Shown piece by piece: positions 27,338 to 39,512 of a stretch of DNA of 64,000 bases; position 1 is the first letter of the stretch; each line of letters starts with the position of its first letter. The stretch lies in NCBI RefSeq assembly GCF_037042905.1, contig NC_087252.1:9612001-9676000 (forward strand). The letters run 5' to 3'. The position numbers were made by a program, and so were the translations under genes. Under the pieces are notes generated by a model that did no database searches, was not told the DNA's origin, and saw only the letters and a program-made list of their open reading frames with translations. This DNA comes from Lytechinus pictus. Lineage: Eukaryota.

Positions 27338-30330
27338 CATTTATTTATTTATTTATTTATTTATTTATTTCTGCATGTCATGACAATGTACATAGTGTGA
27401 CCATCACAAAATTGATTACATTAAATTTGACATAATACTAATGTATAATTATGATGATTAACATAACATTAACATAACTGATTATAGCAAGGTTGCAGAC
27501 ATGCAGTGGTATGACAAAATAAGCAGATGCTTGAGCTGTTGTCAGACCTTTGGATATATGAAATACATACATGAATATAAAAACAATACTGAAAAGTCAA
27601 AACTAACGATTACACAAAGAGGGGAAAGAAAAAAAAAAAAAAAAATAACAAACAAACAAAGAAAACCAAATAACAAATTATTATGTTCCACAACTATTTA
27701 CAAATATTTACAAGGAGTGTGTGAGGCGTAATAATAATTGAAATTATATCAATATTTAAGTTTAAAATGTACAGTACAACAAAATTACATCTTAGAGACA
27801 AGTATGCGTTTTACCGCACTTTTGAAGGAATGCACTGATAATATATTCCTAGTACTAGTAGGTATCGAATTCCAAACATCAGGTCCATAATGTCTGATAG
27901 ATTTGTGAGCCAACAGTGTGCGAGGGTTATACAAATGCATATTAGATGCTTGTCTTGTGTGGTAGGTATGGATAGCACTATTTTGTTGAAACATATTGGA
28001 AAAGCAGGTAGGTAACATTTTGGCATTAAACCGATACATAAAAAGGGAAGTTTGAAGAAAATGGACATCATCAACAGTAAGACATTGTAGCTTTATAAAG
28101 AGGGGGCGTGTATGATCACGGTAACCAACTCCAGCACAAATGCGAATTGCTTTCTTTTGCAACAAAAGAATTGGGTTTGTGACACTCGTTGATGTTGCCC
28201 ATAGAATATTGCAATATGACACATAAGGTAGAATAAGAGTATTGTACAACATGTAAAGTATTTTATAAGGTACAAGGTACTTAACTTTATACAGTATACC
28301 TATATTTCGAGAAATTGGTTTACTGATGTGTTTCATGTGATCATTCCAGTTAAGTTGATCATTGATATAGACCCCAAGGAACCTCGTAGATGTCTGTCTT
28401 TCAATCAAAGCATTGTCAAGTTTCAATCTTAAATCATGGTCAGGACAAGACTTCCTGCCTTTAAAGTGTACATAATTAGTCTTTTTTACATTCAGTGATA
28501 ACATATTACTTCTAAACCAATTAGATAGTTTCGGAAGTTCGACATTAATGGTGTTTTCTAAGATATCAATATCACGGTGTGATAGGAAAACACTTGTGTC
28601 ATCAGCAAATAATATATAATTCAATGTGTTTGATACCAAACAAATATCATTAATATAAATCAGAAATAATAATGGACCCAATATAGAACCTTGCGGTACA
28701 CCGCACCTCATAACTGATATACCAGAATTAGAATAGTTATAGCATGTGTATTGTCTTCTATTTGAAAGATAACTAGTAAACCAATTTAGGGCAACGCCCC
28801 TTACTCCATAATGTTGGAGTTTATAAAGCAGTATTGAGTGGTCAAGGGTGTCAAATGCCTTGCTCAGGTCCATAAATACACCAATAACGTGCTCACGATT
28901 AGCCAGAGAACTAGATACATAATCATAAAATTTCAACAACGCAAGGTCCGTTGAGTGAGACCTGCGAAATCCAAATTGGTTGGGATTAAGAAGGTGGTTT
29001 TTGTCAAGAAAGTCAATCAGTCTGTTATAAACAATTCTTTCTAGTATTTTTGAGCAACTAGGCAAAATTGAGATTGGTCTATAATTACTTATAACGGTCA
29101 TGCTTTCCCTTTTATGAACAGGAATAACCTTGGCTAGTTTAAGAGAGGAAGGGAATACACCAGTTGAAATGGACAGATTACAGATATGTAGTAAAGGAGT
29201 AAGGACTGAGCCAATTATTTGTTTTAACAATGCTGAACTTATTTCATCATGCCCAGATGACCTACTATCTTTAAGAGACTTAACAATGTTTAATATCTCA
29301 AGATGATCAGCTGGCTTAAGGAATATAGATGATTCGGACCTGTCTTGTAAATATTCTTTGTAATTAACTTCTACGGGAGTTATTTTCTTCGCTTGGTCAG
29401 GCCCAATGTTCACAAAGTAGCTGTTAAATTCATTTGCAATGTCATTATCAGAAGTAAGCTCTTTATCCTTATGGACAAATTTTTGGGCAGGTTCTGACTT
29501 ATTTTTCTTACATAATATATCTCTAACAACATTCCATGTCAAGGGCATGTTACCTCGAGCATTCTCAAACTGTCTAGAATAGTGCAAACTCCGTGATGAC
29601 CGTATAATAGAAGTCAGCTTATTTCGATATTTTTTGTATTTTTCAACGTGCTCTTGTGAAGGTTTCTTTACACTCTTTTTGTATAAGACATTTCTTCTTT
29701 TGATTGATTGTAGTATACCTTTTGTAATCCATGGCCGTTTACCTGTACTTCTATTATTTATTCTAACAAGTGGAATAGTCTCATCCAAATGGTGATGAAA
29801 AATTTTACTAAATGATTCATAAGCCTGTTCAACATCATGACATTCCAATACATCCGACCAACTCTCTTCCTGACAAGCATCCCTCAAGCTAGAAATATTG
29901 CTTTCAGTAATTTTGCGTTTTAGTATAACTTTAGCCTTATTGCATTTGTTGGAATGAATATCATAAAGCATGCAGAAGATTGGAAGATGATCAGAAATCT
30001 CACTAAAGAATAAACCTGATTGGGAATAACCTTTGGTAGTTTTCACAAAAATGTTATCAAGAAGTGTTGATGACCTGTCAGTTATTCTTGTTGGCTTATT
30101 AATCATTGCACATAGAGCATTAGAATCAAGAATATTTTGGAAACGGAGAGTGTTTGCATTTTCTATCAACAGATCAATATTGAAGTCACCCATCATGCAA
30201 ACTGATTTATCAGATGCATTTATATCAGTCATTAATAACTCAATACCTGTGAGAAAATTATCAATGTCAGCTTGAGGGGGTCTATACACTATACATACAA
30301 TCATTTTTGTTTGATTTCCGCATAAGCAAA
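27338..30330 (-). mobile_element. 5'-truncated non-LTR retrotransposon, CR1/L2 group
   Basis: ORF2 followed by a 3' UTR of about 420 bp and an (AAAT)n tail (TTTA repeats at 27338-27370 on +). The 5' junction is approximate. Confidence 0.9.
27785..30322 (-). CDS. LINE ORF2: C-terminal part of APE endonuclease plus complete reverse transcriptase
   Basis: Motifs YRPP, GDFNIDLL, PTRIT..LDNIF and SDHLPIF (endonuclease); YRPISILP, QFGFR, DLSKAFD, GVPQGSILGPLLF and FADDT (RT). No stops over about 845 codons. Confidence 0.92.
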   Translation of the reverse strand, partial: CGNQTKMIVCIVYRPPQADIDNFLTGIELLMTDINASDKSVCMMGDFNIDLLIENANTLRFQNILDSNALCAMINKPTRITDRSSTLLDNIFVKTTKGYSQSGLFFSEISDHLPIFCMLYDIHSNKCNKAKVILKRKITESNISSLRDACQEESWSDVLECHDVEQAYESFSKIFHHHLDETIPLVRINNRSTGKRPWITKGILQSIKRRNVLYKKSVKKPSQEHVEKYKKYRNKLTSIIRSSRSLHYSRQFENARGNMPLTWNVVRDILCKKNKSEPAQKFVHKDKELTSDNDIANEFNSYFVNIGPDQAKKITPVEVNYKEYLQDRSESSIFLKPADHLEILNIVKSLKDSRSSGHDEISSALLKQIIGSVLTPLLHICNLSISTGVFPSSLKLAKVIPVHKRESMTVISNYRPISILPSCSKILERIVYNRLIDFLDKNHLLNPNQFGFRRSHSTDLALLKFYDYVSSSLANREHVIGVFMDLSKAFDTLDHSILLYKLQHYGVRGVALNWFTSYLSNRRQYTCYNYSNSGISVMRCGVPQGSILGPLLFLIYINDICLVSNTLNYILFADDTSVFLSHRDIDILENTINVELPKLSNWFRSNMLSLNVKKTNYVHFKGRKSCPDHDLRLKLDNALIERQTSTRFLGVYINDQLNWNDHMKHISKPISRNIGILYKVKYLVPYKILYMLYNTLILPYVSYCNILWATSTSVTNPILLLQKKAIRICAGVGYRDHTRPLFIKLQCLTVDDVHFLQTSLFMYRFNAKMLPTCFSNMFQQNSAIHTYHTRQASNMHLYNPRTLLAHKSIRHYGPDVWNSIPTSTRNILSVHSFKSAVKRILVSKM

Positions 30331-31509
30331 ACGACGACGACAATGATAATGATGGTGATGATGAAGATGCTGATAATGATGCTGATGATGATAATGGTGG
30401 TACAATGATAATGATAATAAGTACATGAACACACGTTTTCTTCTCATATAGTTCATTCTTGGAAAATACATAGGCGGCCATATACACATGGAGGTATATC
30501 ATTTATAGAAGAAAATCTTGTTTGATTGATTTATTTTTATTTTTTGAAACTAAGTGTAAAATTATATCCCCCATCAACAACAAATTGTTACTTACATTAT
30601 AACATCATAATGAATATAATTTGACTATTGGCGGACCATATTTAGATTTAGATTAAGATTTATTCATTTTCCGTTCACAAAGCACAACAAAATCAAAGTA
30701 ACAATACATAGTCAAATTTAAAGTACAATATCAATCGGAATAATGCATAAGAATTAGAACGTATAAACAATGAGAACTAATGCGAACTAAAGTAACCTTG
30801 ACTAATAACTATATAAAACAGAACATATGGATTTTATTTTTTGATTATTTTTAAGAATTTAATTATCCTTTTTCTATCAGTGAAGAAAACAATCATGATC
30901 AACATAAAACAAAAAAAGCAACTCACTATCATATACATTATTATCATAATCTAAAAACCTACGGTGTGTATGACATGATGTGGATGTGGAGACCAGACTG
31001 AGAGCACTGTGTGTACGAGAGGATATGGAAACCAGAGTGGAGGGGTGTGCCGAGAAGGAGACACGACTTGTAGCCTTTCACAAGTTGGTATTTTCTTGAA
31101 TATTAATTTTTACTTACTGAATGTCTTGGTCATGTTTGTGTGGCACAAAATTTGCCGACAGTAAACATTTTGCGTGACTACAGTACAGGTTTTCGACAAA
31201 ATAAGGTGGGGTATACCGTTGAATTTCACCTGGAGCAAATGTCTCCACTTCGGAGCATATTTCCCCAGTCTGAGCGATTTTGACGCTAAGAATGGGGTAT
31301 GTCTAATTTGTTTCTACTGTTATAACATGGAGCTATATGGTTATAATAATTACATGAAAACGCGTTTTTTTTCTTCATTTTAATCTCCAGGCACGTAATA
31401 AAACTTTATACACAAATGCTCCCCCCCCCCACCATGAATAAGCATTAAGAATATCTATCCCTCCTTTGTGCTTACCCCTTTTTTTCTATTTCTTTCTATA
31501 TGCATGTAT

Positions 31510-31661
31510 CAGGGGCCGCGGAGCCGGGGGGCTTTAGCCCCCCAATTTTCCAAAGCCGTGTACAAAAAATGTAAGAATAACCATATGATTGTGATTTTTA
31601 GCATGGACAGCCCCCCACTTTTGACTCAGCCCTCACTTTAAAAACCGTTCCGCGGCCCCTG
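31510..31661. mobile_element. Short MITE with 5-bp TSD, nested in the foldback element
   Basis: TIR CAGGGGCCGCGGA...TCCGCGGCCCCTG with TSD TGTAT. Confidence 0.75.
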
Positions 31662-31800
31662 TGTATGACATGTAATATATCATGCAAGCATAGTTTAAGT
31701 TTACTTTGTAAATTCATGGAGCTATGCTCCATGGTAAATTGACGCCTTCAGCCTGTGCTACAATTGTTATGCGTATGAAAGTACGAATAAAAAAAAAAAA

Positions 31801-32195
31801 TAATTGTCGCATTATCGGAGCAATTTACGGCGGAGCAGATGTCGGCGGAGCAATTATCGGCGGAGCAATTGTCGTATAATCGGAGCAATTTTCGGCGGAG
31901 CAAATATCGGCGGAGCAATTGTCGTATAATCGGAGCAGATGTCGGCGGAGCAATTATCGGCGGAGCAATTGTCGGTGGAGCAATTTTCGGCGGAGCAGAT
32001 GTCGGCGGAGCAGATGTCGGCGGAGCAAATATCGGCGGAGCAAGTGTCGACGGAGCACATATCGGCGGAGCAAGTGTCGACGAAGCAACTGTCGGCGGAG
32101 CAACTGTCCGGAGCAATTGTCGGCGGAGCAGTTGTCGTATTTTGCGTAGCAATTGTCGGCGGAGCAAATGTCAGCGGAGCAATTGTCATGGAACC
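31801..32195 (-). repeat. Right TIR: reverse-complement array of the same 15-bp units
   Basis: The reverse complement reproduces the same order of variant units as the left array. Confidence 0.95.
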
Positions 32196-32630
32196 GAAAC
32201 AATATATGAAAGCGTAATAAACGAAAAGCTGAGATCACGTTGCACTTATCATTAATGTATTAAATTGTTCCGAGTATCATTTGGATTCACTTAAACTGCG
32301 CCTGTCTGCCAAATTCCACTTAACATACATCTTTATACTCCGAGTAATTATGGGGTTCTAAGTAGGTCAACCCCATTAGGGCAATACCTCTAAATGGCGA
32401 GTTTATAAATGACTATAATTTAATCTCATTTTTTGTGGCAAGTCACGTGACTACTTCAGCCAGAAGAGCGCCAGACCACGTGACTACTTCAGCCAGGAGA
32501 GCGCCTGACTAAAGTGGGTTTTGGGTGCGCTAACGAATGCGATTAGGAAACCCCAACATTCGCGCGGTCTGATCAAATGTGGACGAATCATTTGAACGAA
32601 AGAGTGTTATTTACTGGCTTGTATTTTCAA

Positions 32631-33111
32631 TACGTGCTGGAAATAACACATTGTCCCACAGTGTGTTCACAGTTTGTCCATATTTAACATGATAAATCTG
32701 AGCATTTAATAAAATGAGAAAAACTTTTTACATAGGCCATATGTGAACAAACAATTAAAACACACACATTTTTGTCGTGGTGTCCACAGTGTAAGCGGCG
32801 CTATTAGATTTGGGTATTTTAACACTGTCAAGCACAATTTTACATATACCACTGTGTGAACATACCTACACCGCCGAGGTGTCACAAAGTGGATTTGTCT
32901 TCACACTTTTAAATTTGAGTATTTCAAGAGTGTGAAGAATATTTTCACATAGTGCACTTTGTGAACACACTGAGGATACACACACAAACACACACATAAT
33001 TGAGGTCCTCTCATTGAGAAATTATCTTCACAATATTAAAGTTGAGAATTTCGAAAATGTAAAGAATATTGTCACACACTATGTGAACACGCTGTCATGG
33101 CTGTAGAAGTA
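32631..33111 (+). mobile_element. Non-autonomous element with CACAGTGTG-type internal repeats
   Basis: Starts TACGTGCTGGAAA. An opposite-orientation relative lies at 43085-43959. Confidence 0.5.
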
Positions 33112-33429
33112 TACATTGCCGATTACATACATTTTTTTTTCATTCTTTACTTTACTAGTACGTTGGAATTGTCCTTGTATAGAACATTAATGTGGGCGTC
33201 TGAAATGTTCTTTCCGGTTTCAATGCTATAGAATGTGGTTTCCTGTTTTTCTCAAGATGGTTTCATTTCCAAATTAATTAGTTGCGGCGGTATTTTCTTC
33301 AAAGATAAAAGTATATTTTCTTTCGAGAGGCAATCACTATTTTAAAAGTATCATCCAAGGTTTCTTTGTTTATAGCTTGTACAGGAGAAGATTTAAAGGG
33401 GAATTAAGGGATTATGATATACATGTATG

Positions 33430-34932
33430 CACCCTTAAAATGTTGGGCAACATACAGACTACTGTGTCGGGTAATGCATGTTGGTAATATATGCAGTATA
33501 TATATATTTATACACAAAATATATAGAAAATATATATACAGGATCAAAAGATCAGCTGAATTGCTGTTTTACATCAATGTCCTGATTTAAAGGGATGGTC
33601 TGGGCTGAAAATATTTATATCTTAATACATAGAGTAGAATTCACTGAGCAAAATGCCGAAAATTTCAAAATCGGATAACAAATAATAAAGTTATTAAAAA
33701 TTAAAGTTTAGCAATATTTTGTGAAAACAGTCGTCATGAATATTCATTAGGTGGGCTGATGATGTCTTATCTCCACTTTCCGTTTTCTTATGTTATTACA
33801 TAAAATCATATTTTTATCATTATTTCATACTTGTGTGAATAATATGTCTCTCTTATAATGAAATAAATTGCAGCAATAAATATCTAATGCACTAAATCAG
33901 TTGTCAATCCAATTTTTCTAGTTCTTGGAGGAAAAAATTTGAATAAACCTAATTTCATATAATAAAATACAAAAGAACAAGTGGGGATGTGACATCATCA
34001 GCCCACCTAATGAACATTCATGACGACTGTTTTCACAAAATATTGCTAAACTTTGATTTTTAATAACTTTATTATTTGTTATCCGATTTTGATGAAATTT
34101 TTAGCATTTTGCTCAGTGAATTCTACTCTATTTATTAAGCTATAAAAACCTTCAGCCCGGACCATCCCTTTAACAAGGTTAAAATATAATTATATAAAGT
34201 TACAATATCATAATGCAAAAATACATATAAATATTAAAAAACAGCAGTATCCACACTCTGATGACAAAGTTACGATTCAACACTTTAGGAACCCAAACAG
34301 TAATTGATTCAATTTAAAATTTCACCAAAAACCCCCAACAAAACAAATAGCTCTCCAAAAGGGCAGCCATGTACTCCACAAGCACCAAAGCGCCAAACCA
34401 GCACCCCATCCTCCACAGTGCATGAGACCAGATAAATATACACAAAGTTTGCAAGGTATATCAATTACTTAGCTACTAAAATATGATAATAAAATAATGT
34501 AAATAATTATGTTAAGACATTAAAAGAAGTTAAATTCAGTTTAAACTAGTTAAGTGACCAGGGAAAGATAATCTGTTATCACCACCCCAACATTTAGCAA
34601 TCAAACTCGGACCTGTCCCTGACCAACACATCGCAGACATTTCCCTCCGCGATGTAGCGGATGCTTCAACTTCCAAACATCTACGATTCCGACACATGAG
34701 CCCAACTTCAGAGACCGGGCGCTGCAAAACAAACACCCTCAGATGCTCGAACCCACTATTCACGATGCCCGGCCCGGCCGCAAGTATACATGTATGTATA
34801 TTCTAGGCAATTATCCAGTTGAGCAAATTAATCACAAAATTATTAGTTTTTATTATAAAAATTTGGACAGATTTTAACCAATAGTTGTGTAGACAGTATG
34901 TTGCCACGTGATAATAAACTTATTTAAGAGTG
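33430..34932. mobile_element. CACT-family MITE (as 9827-10024) expanded by nested insertions
   Basis: Left end CACCCTTAAAATGTTGGGCAACATAC. Right end GTGTAGACAGTATGTTGCC...TTTAAGAGTG. Confidence 0.55.
33591..34169. mobile_element. Kolobok-like MITE
   Basis: AGGGATGGTC...GACCATCCCT termini, TIRs of about 190 bp, TTAA TSD. Confidence 0.85.
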
Positions 34933-37749
34933 TACAAGGGTTGGAAAAAGTAATTATTAGTGTGGACAGAAAGAAAATATATGTATATGCTTACTGCCCT
35001 GGGAATGAAGATGTTGCACGTTTTTAATGAATTAGTGGATTTTAATTATTACAAGGGTTGGAAAAGTAATTAGTGTGAACAGAAAGAAGAGTCCCGTTTA
35101 CTCCCCTAGGGAGTTAAGATGATGAAAATTATGTATGTGAATTGATTATTGACCAGCACCTTCATTCATACCAATGGATGAAACAGGGAATAGTAGGATA
35201 ATGATAGACGTTGAAAAGGTAGTGTGATAAGAAATAAGAGATCTACTTACTCCCCATGGAGTGGAGATGTTGCACATGACATATGAATCGATCAATCAGC
35301 ATATCAAATTAATGCACATGGAAGAAAAAGCACTTTACTTTATTATAGTAGTGTAATCGGTTTCGGAAAAGTTATTTGAAAGAAGGGACACGTGGTTGAT
35401 TGAATTTTCACATTTCGAATTTAAGGCAAAATTAATAATTTTGAAGGAATTGGATTTTTCATCTAGTCGCTCGAAAATGTTCCAAATGGATGTATTGCGA
35501 TATCTCCTGGACTCAACAAAATTTATTGCCTCATGAAGGCATTTGTTATCAATATCTGTCATTAAGTGAACTTAAGACAGTTATTGTGAATGATCTGTTT
35601 AGGACTATGCAAAACATCATTTCCGACGTTTTGCATAAGAGGGACTTAACGGCGATCGTACGAAGATCGTAAGTTGCCAAGTGTACAATGTCTCATGGAG
35701 CCTCTGGATAAATAAAATCCGTACGTTCTCTTTGCGACATCATTAGGATTTATGTATAACCGTTGCATTTTCGACAAATTACTAATAACAGAGATACAAA
35801 TCAATGAGCAAAAACAACAATTTAAAGGTAAACTTTATTTCCAAAGCAAGTCAAAGCATTTGATAAAAGAATCATCACGAATCAATAGATACGTACAATA
35901 ATATTTTTTTTTAACTCCAGAAAACATAAAAAAGTATGATAAATTCACACAAAATAAATGCAGCGTATTTGATTGGAAAATGGGGTATGCAAAAGCAAAT
36001 GTATGGTTTGTATAAAATACACCAAAGAGATGAATATTCAAAGAATTGAAAATAATTAGTAGTACCATTAAATGACAAAACATACACAGTAATATAGGGA
36101 AAAGGGAAAATTAATACGAATTAAAAAGGTGAGTCTCATATTGTTTTGTTTTTTTCAAATATCATATTGGAGGTTGAATGTGGGTAAGTTGAAATAATTC
36201 CATAAAATGGGGCCAGTGTGATGAAGAGTTTGTTTAATATTATTGTCATTATATTTCCACTTATGGAATTTATGACGAGGTCTGGCTTTGAAGGTATGAA
36301 TTTTAGAATTAAAAGAAAACATATTCACAGCGTTTGTGAATCGAAACGTTGCATAAAAGTGAAGATTTGTAATTTATTAATGTTAAATACTGTGAGGATT
36401 CTTATACGTTAGAATAAGGGGATGTGTGTGCTAAATAATTTGATTTTGTAATAATTGCTCTTTTCTATAAGTGAAATAACCCCTCGACCCTTTTACTATA
36501 ACTATTTCCACAAATTGAGTTACAATACATCAGTTGTGGTTAAATATATGTATCATACAATTGATTTAAAATATAAAAATACAATAATAAAAAAAAATTA
36601 TACAGAAGAAACACATAAATCATCATTACTTATTATTTTTCAAATCAACTTTTAATACTTATTTGTTTTTAATCCAAAGTTGTTGTTCACTCACGGACAC
36701 ATATACAATGATTTTCGAAAGCAACATTATGAATTTTTGCTCGAATATTATTTTCTAAAAATTCTTGCGGCATATTTTCAACGGCTTTGATGCGTTTTTT
36801 CACACATTATATTCCAAACCTACTCTCACAAGGCTCTTTTAGGATCTAATTGAAATTAGAAAAACATGAAAGACAAAAACTGCCTTAATGCATAGATAAT
36901 AAAGCTTTCTCTCCGGAGCCGTACGCAATTTTCTTTATGAGTTTTGCAATTGGCATAATATTTGTCGTCTGGATAAAGCACTTTTCTACGAAACGCCTAT
37001 TTTGACGATCGTGACTGCTAAAACTAATCGCGTGATATAATCTTCGATTGATATCGACTCGTTATTTGGGTGTGCGTGTGTGTGTATGGGCGTGTTCCAT
37101 ATCTTATAATTGATTCTATTTGTAGACATACATATTTGCTATAATCCTATTTGTTGTTAAACTTTTAGTTGTTGAAATGAAAAGGTGTGTATGTATGTAG
37201 GTATATATTGGTGGGTGTGTGCGTGTGTGTGTAGGTGCATCTGTTGTGAACGTAAGGATGAAAGTCCCGTACCAAGCTGGGGACGACTGTGTCCTCGCTT
37301 TCCAGGTTATTGATAGTATTTGTACATATCGGTGTTTATACTATTCGGTTGAAGCCAAAACAATGTATGTTTGTGTTTATAATACGTTTATATTTGGGGG
37401 GGGGGGGGGGCAACAGGCTGCTCGTAAAGTTTGATGATTGATATATCCATCACATTTGGCGCGGCCGGAGGTCTGAAGGAGGGGTGGTGCCTATTTATAA
37501 TCGACAAAATGATGGGGTCTTTATCCCGCAATTGATGGTACAAACGTATTATTCAGACAAACGTACGTTCTAAGTATTGATAATAATAATAGTAGTAGTA
37601 GTAGTAATGATAATCATACTAATGACGATGATGATAATAATGATAATTATAATGATCATAACAATAACAAGAAGTGGTGAAGAAAAATGACAATTAAAAA
37701 GGTGAAAGGGATTAAAAAGGAGATGAATAAGTCTTAGAGTGTTGACGAG

Positions 37750-37865
37750 AAGGAGGAGAAAAGAAGAAGAAGAAGAAGGACGAGGAGAAGGAGAAGAAGA
37801 AGAAGAAGAAGGAGAAGAAGAAGAAAAAGAAAAATAACAACAACAATAATAATAATAATGATAAC
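37750..37865. repeat. (GAA)n/(AAT)n compound microsatellite
   Basis: Directly visible. Confidence 0.85.
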
Positions 37866-39404
37866 ACCATATTTATCCAGGATAGACAATTCATTAATGT
37901 TTTGTTCTATAAGCCAGCCCTGATTCACATGATAATATTATTAAAATAATATTTTCATAAACAATGCAATGATAAAAAAATTGAAACAAAGTATTACAAA
38001 AGAGAGGCCGGTGATGCTCGCGGCTCTAAATGTAATTTCCTCTGCCCTTTCATTATATTCCAAGCTTAATCTTAAAGGTCTTAGGATCTCAACAGATAAT
38101 AATGAACACGAGAAAGATGTCAATAGATTGCCGCTAGTTATTGACAACCAGGCTTGAAATTTGCATACACAACTTTAAATAGTTAAAACACCATAAATCT
38201 ACTATGTGCTCTGTTAAATTCCCATTTCATTGGTTTATAATTTGTGTTTTTCTATATCATATTCTAAGTGTGAAATTCGTTTTTTAAGTAGAACCGTTCA
38301 GGTCAAAATGACTAAGTTTACTCTCCTCTTCCTTTAATAGCAGCGATGTTTTGCATTCTGGGGAATGTTATTTTGTGTTGTATTGAATAGTACATGCATT
38401 ATTTTTGTAATAGTTATTTTATACCCTCGCAAACTTGACCCCAAACACGTAGCTTTCCTAACAAATAGATACCCTTTTTCATTATGTTAGTGTTTTTGAC
38501 ACCCTTATTACGTTACGTACGTAACGTATCCTATCTTGAAAATGACATACTTTTTACGTGTTTTTTGGTCGCGTAGGGTATCTACTCGTCAATGTAAGTG
38601 CCCCCCCCCCGGGAGCCGAACAAATACAAATAATGATGATCATCAATATATCGGATCAATTTATAAAACAAATACACAATTTGATATAATAATATCAGAA
38701 AGTTGGGGGCCGGTGCTTAAGACTGGCTTAAGCAGGGCATATGAAAATAAACCAACAATAACACAAAGTAACAAGACACCTACCGTGTTGATAATTACAG
38801 TCATAATAATATTCCAAACAAGTTCGTTATTTAAAGAATCTTGTTAAATATTGGAAGAAGTTTGGTTGGTAGACTAGATAAACGTTCTCTCTTTTTTATT
38901 GTACACGTTCTTACTGATAATATCCACATGATAATATTTACATTTATTTCAAAGTAAGAAAAAAAAATCAATGTTTCCTTTAAAAGGGTGTAAGTGCAAA
39001 CCGGGAAAGGAACCGCGGCTTTCCTATTCCTTGTGGGGAATGAATATTAATGTAAAACTGAGTTAGGTCCTTTTGTGACTGGGCTTTCCAGACACGAGGA
39101 TTTACGGCTCAAGTATGCATTTCTTATGATTCCCATCGATGCACGAAATACCACGATTTTATTTCTTAATTCCATGTTATCCCTTGAGGCGTCAAAACTT
39201 TCTTTTTATTTAGCGTTTTGGCTCGTCCTCTTTGACAGCTCGCATTTAAACTAGAAATGCTATCACGTATAAAAAAACATATTCTGCATCCTGAAATATG
39301 AAGCTCATTATGCCACTGACATTAAGAAGAAATTAATCATGAAAATAATAATAATAGGAATGATCATGATAATTATAATCATAATGGTAAACATGATTAC
39401 GATG

Positions 39405-39437
39405 CTACTATACTGCTACTGCTACTGCTACTACTAT

Positions 39438-39491
<54 letters not shown>

Positions 39492-39512
39492 CAAAACTAC
39501 TATTACTACTAC
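39405..39512. repeat. (TAC)n microsatellite
   Basis: Directly visible. Confidence 0.95.

Larger units (their letters stand above)
25222..32195. mobile_element. Non-autonomous foldback (TU-like) DNA transposon, 6974 bp, with nested insertions
   Basis: GGT...ACC termini. Inverted arrays of 15-bp units at both ends. Perfect 8-bp TSD GAAACAAT at 25214-25221 and 32196-32203. Confidence 0.85.

Noticed and set aside
30323..30502. N-terminal extension of the 905-aa ORF as a genuine LINE domain
   Set aside because: It is translated microsatellite and flanking DNA beyond the 5' truncation point.
25222..32195. CRISPR-like appearance of the short repeat arrays
   Set aside because: Units are contiguous with no unique spacers, there are no cas genes, and the context is eukaryotic.
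35820..38340. Possible highly degraded LINE fragments (also near 20500-20700, 30640-30830, 40500-41120, 42700-42900 and 45560-45790)
   Set aside because: Only faint motif or tail resemblance. Boundaries cannot be supported without a consensus alignment.
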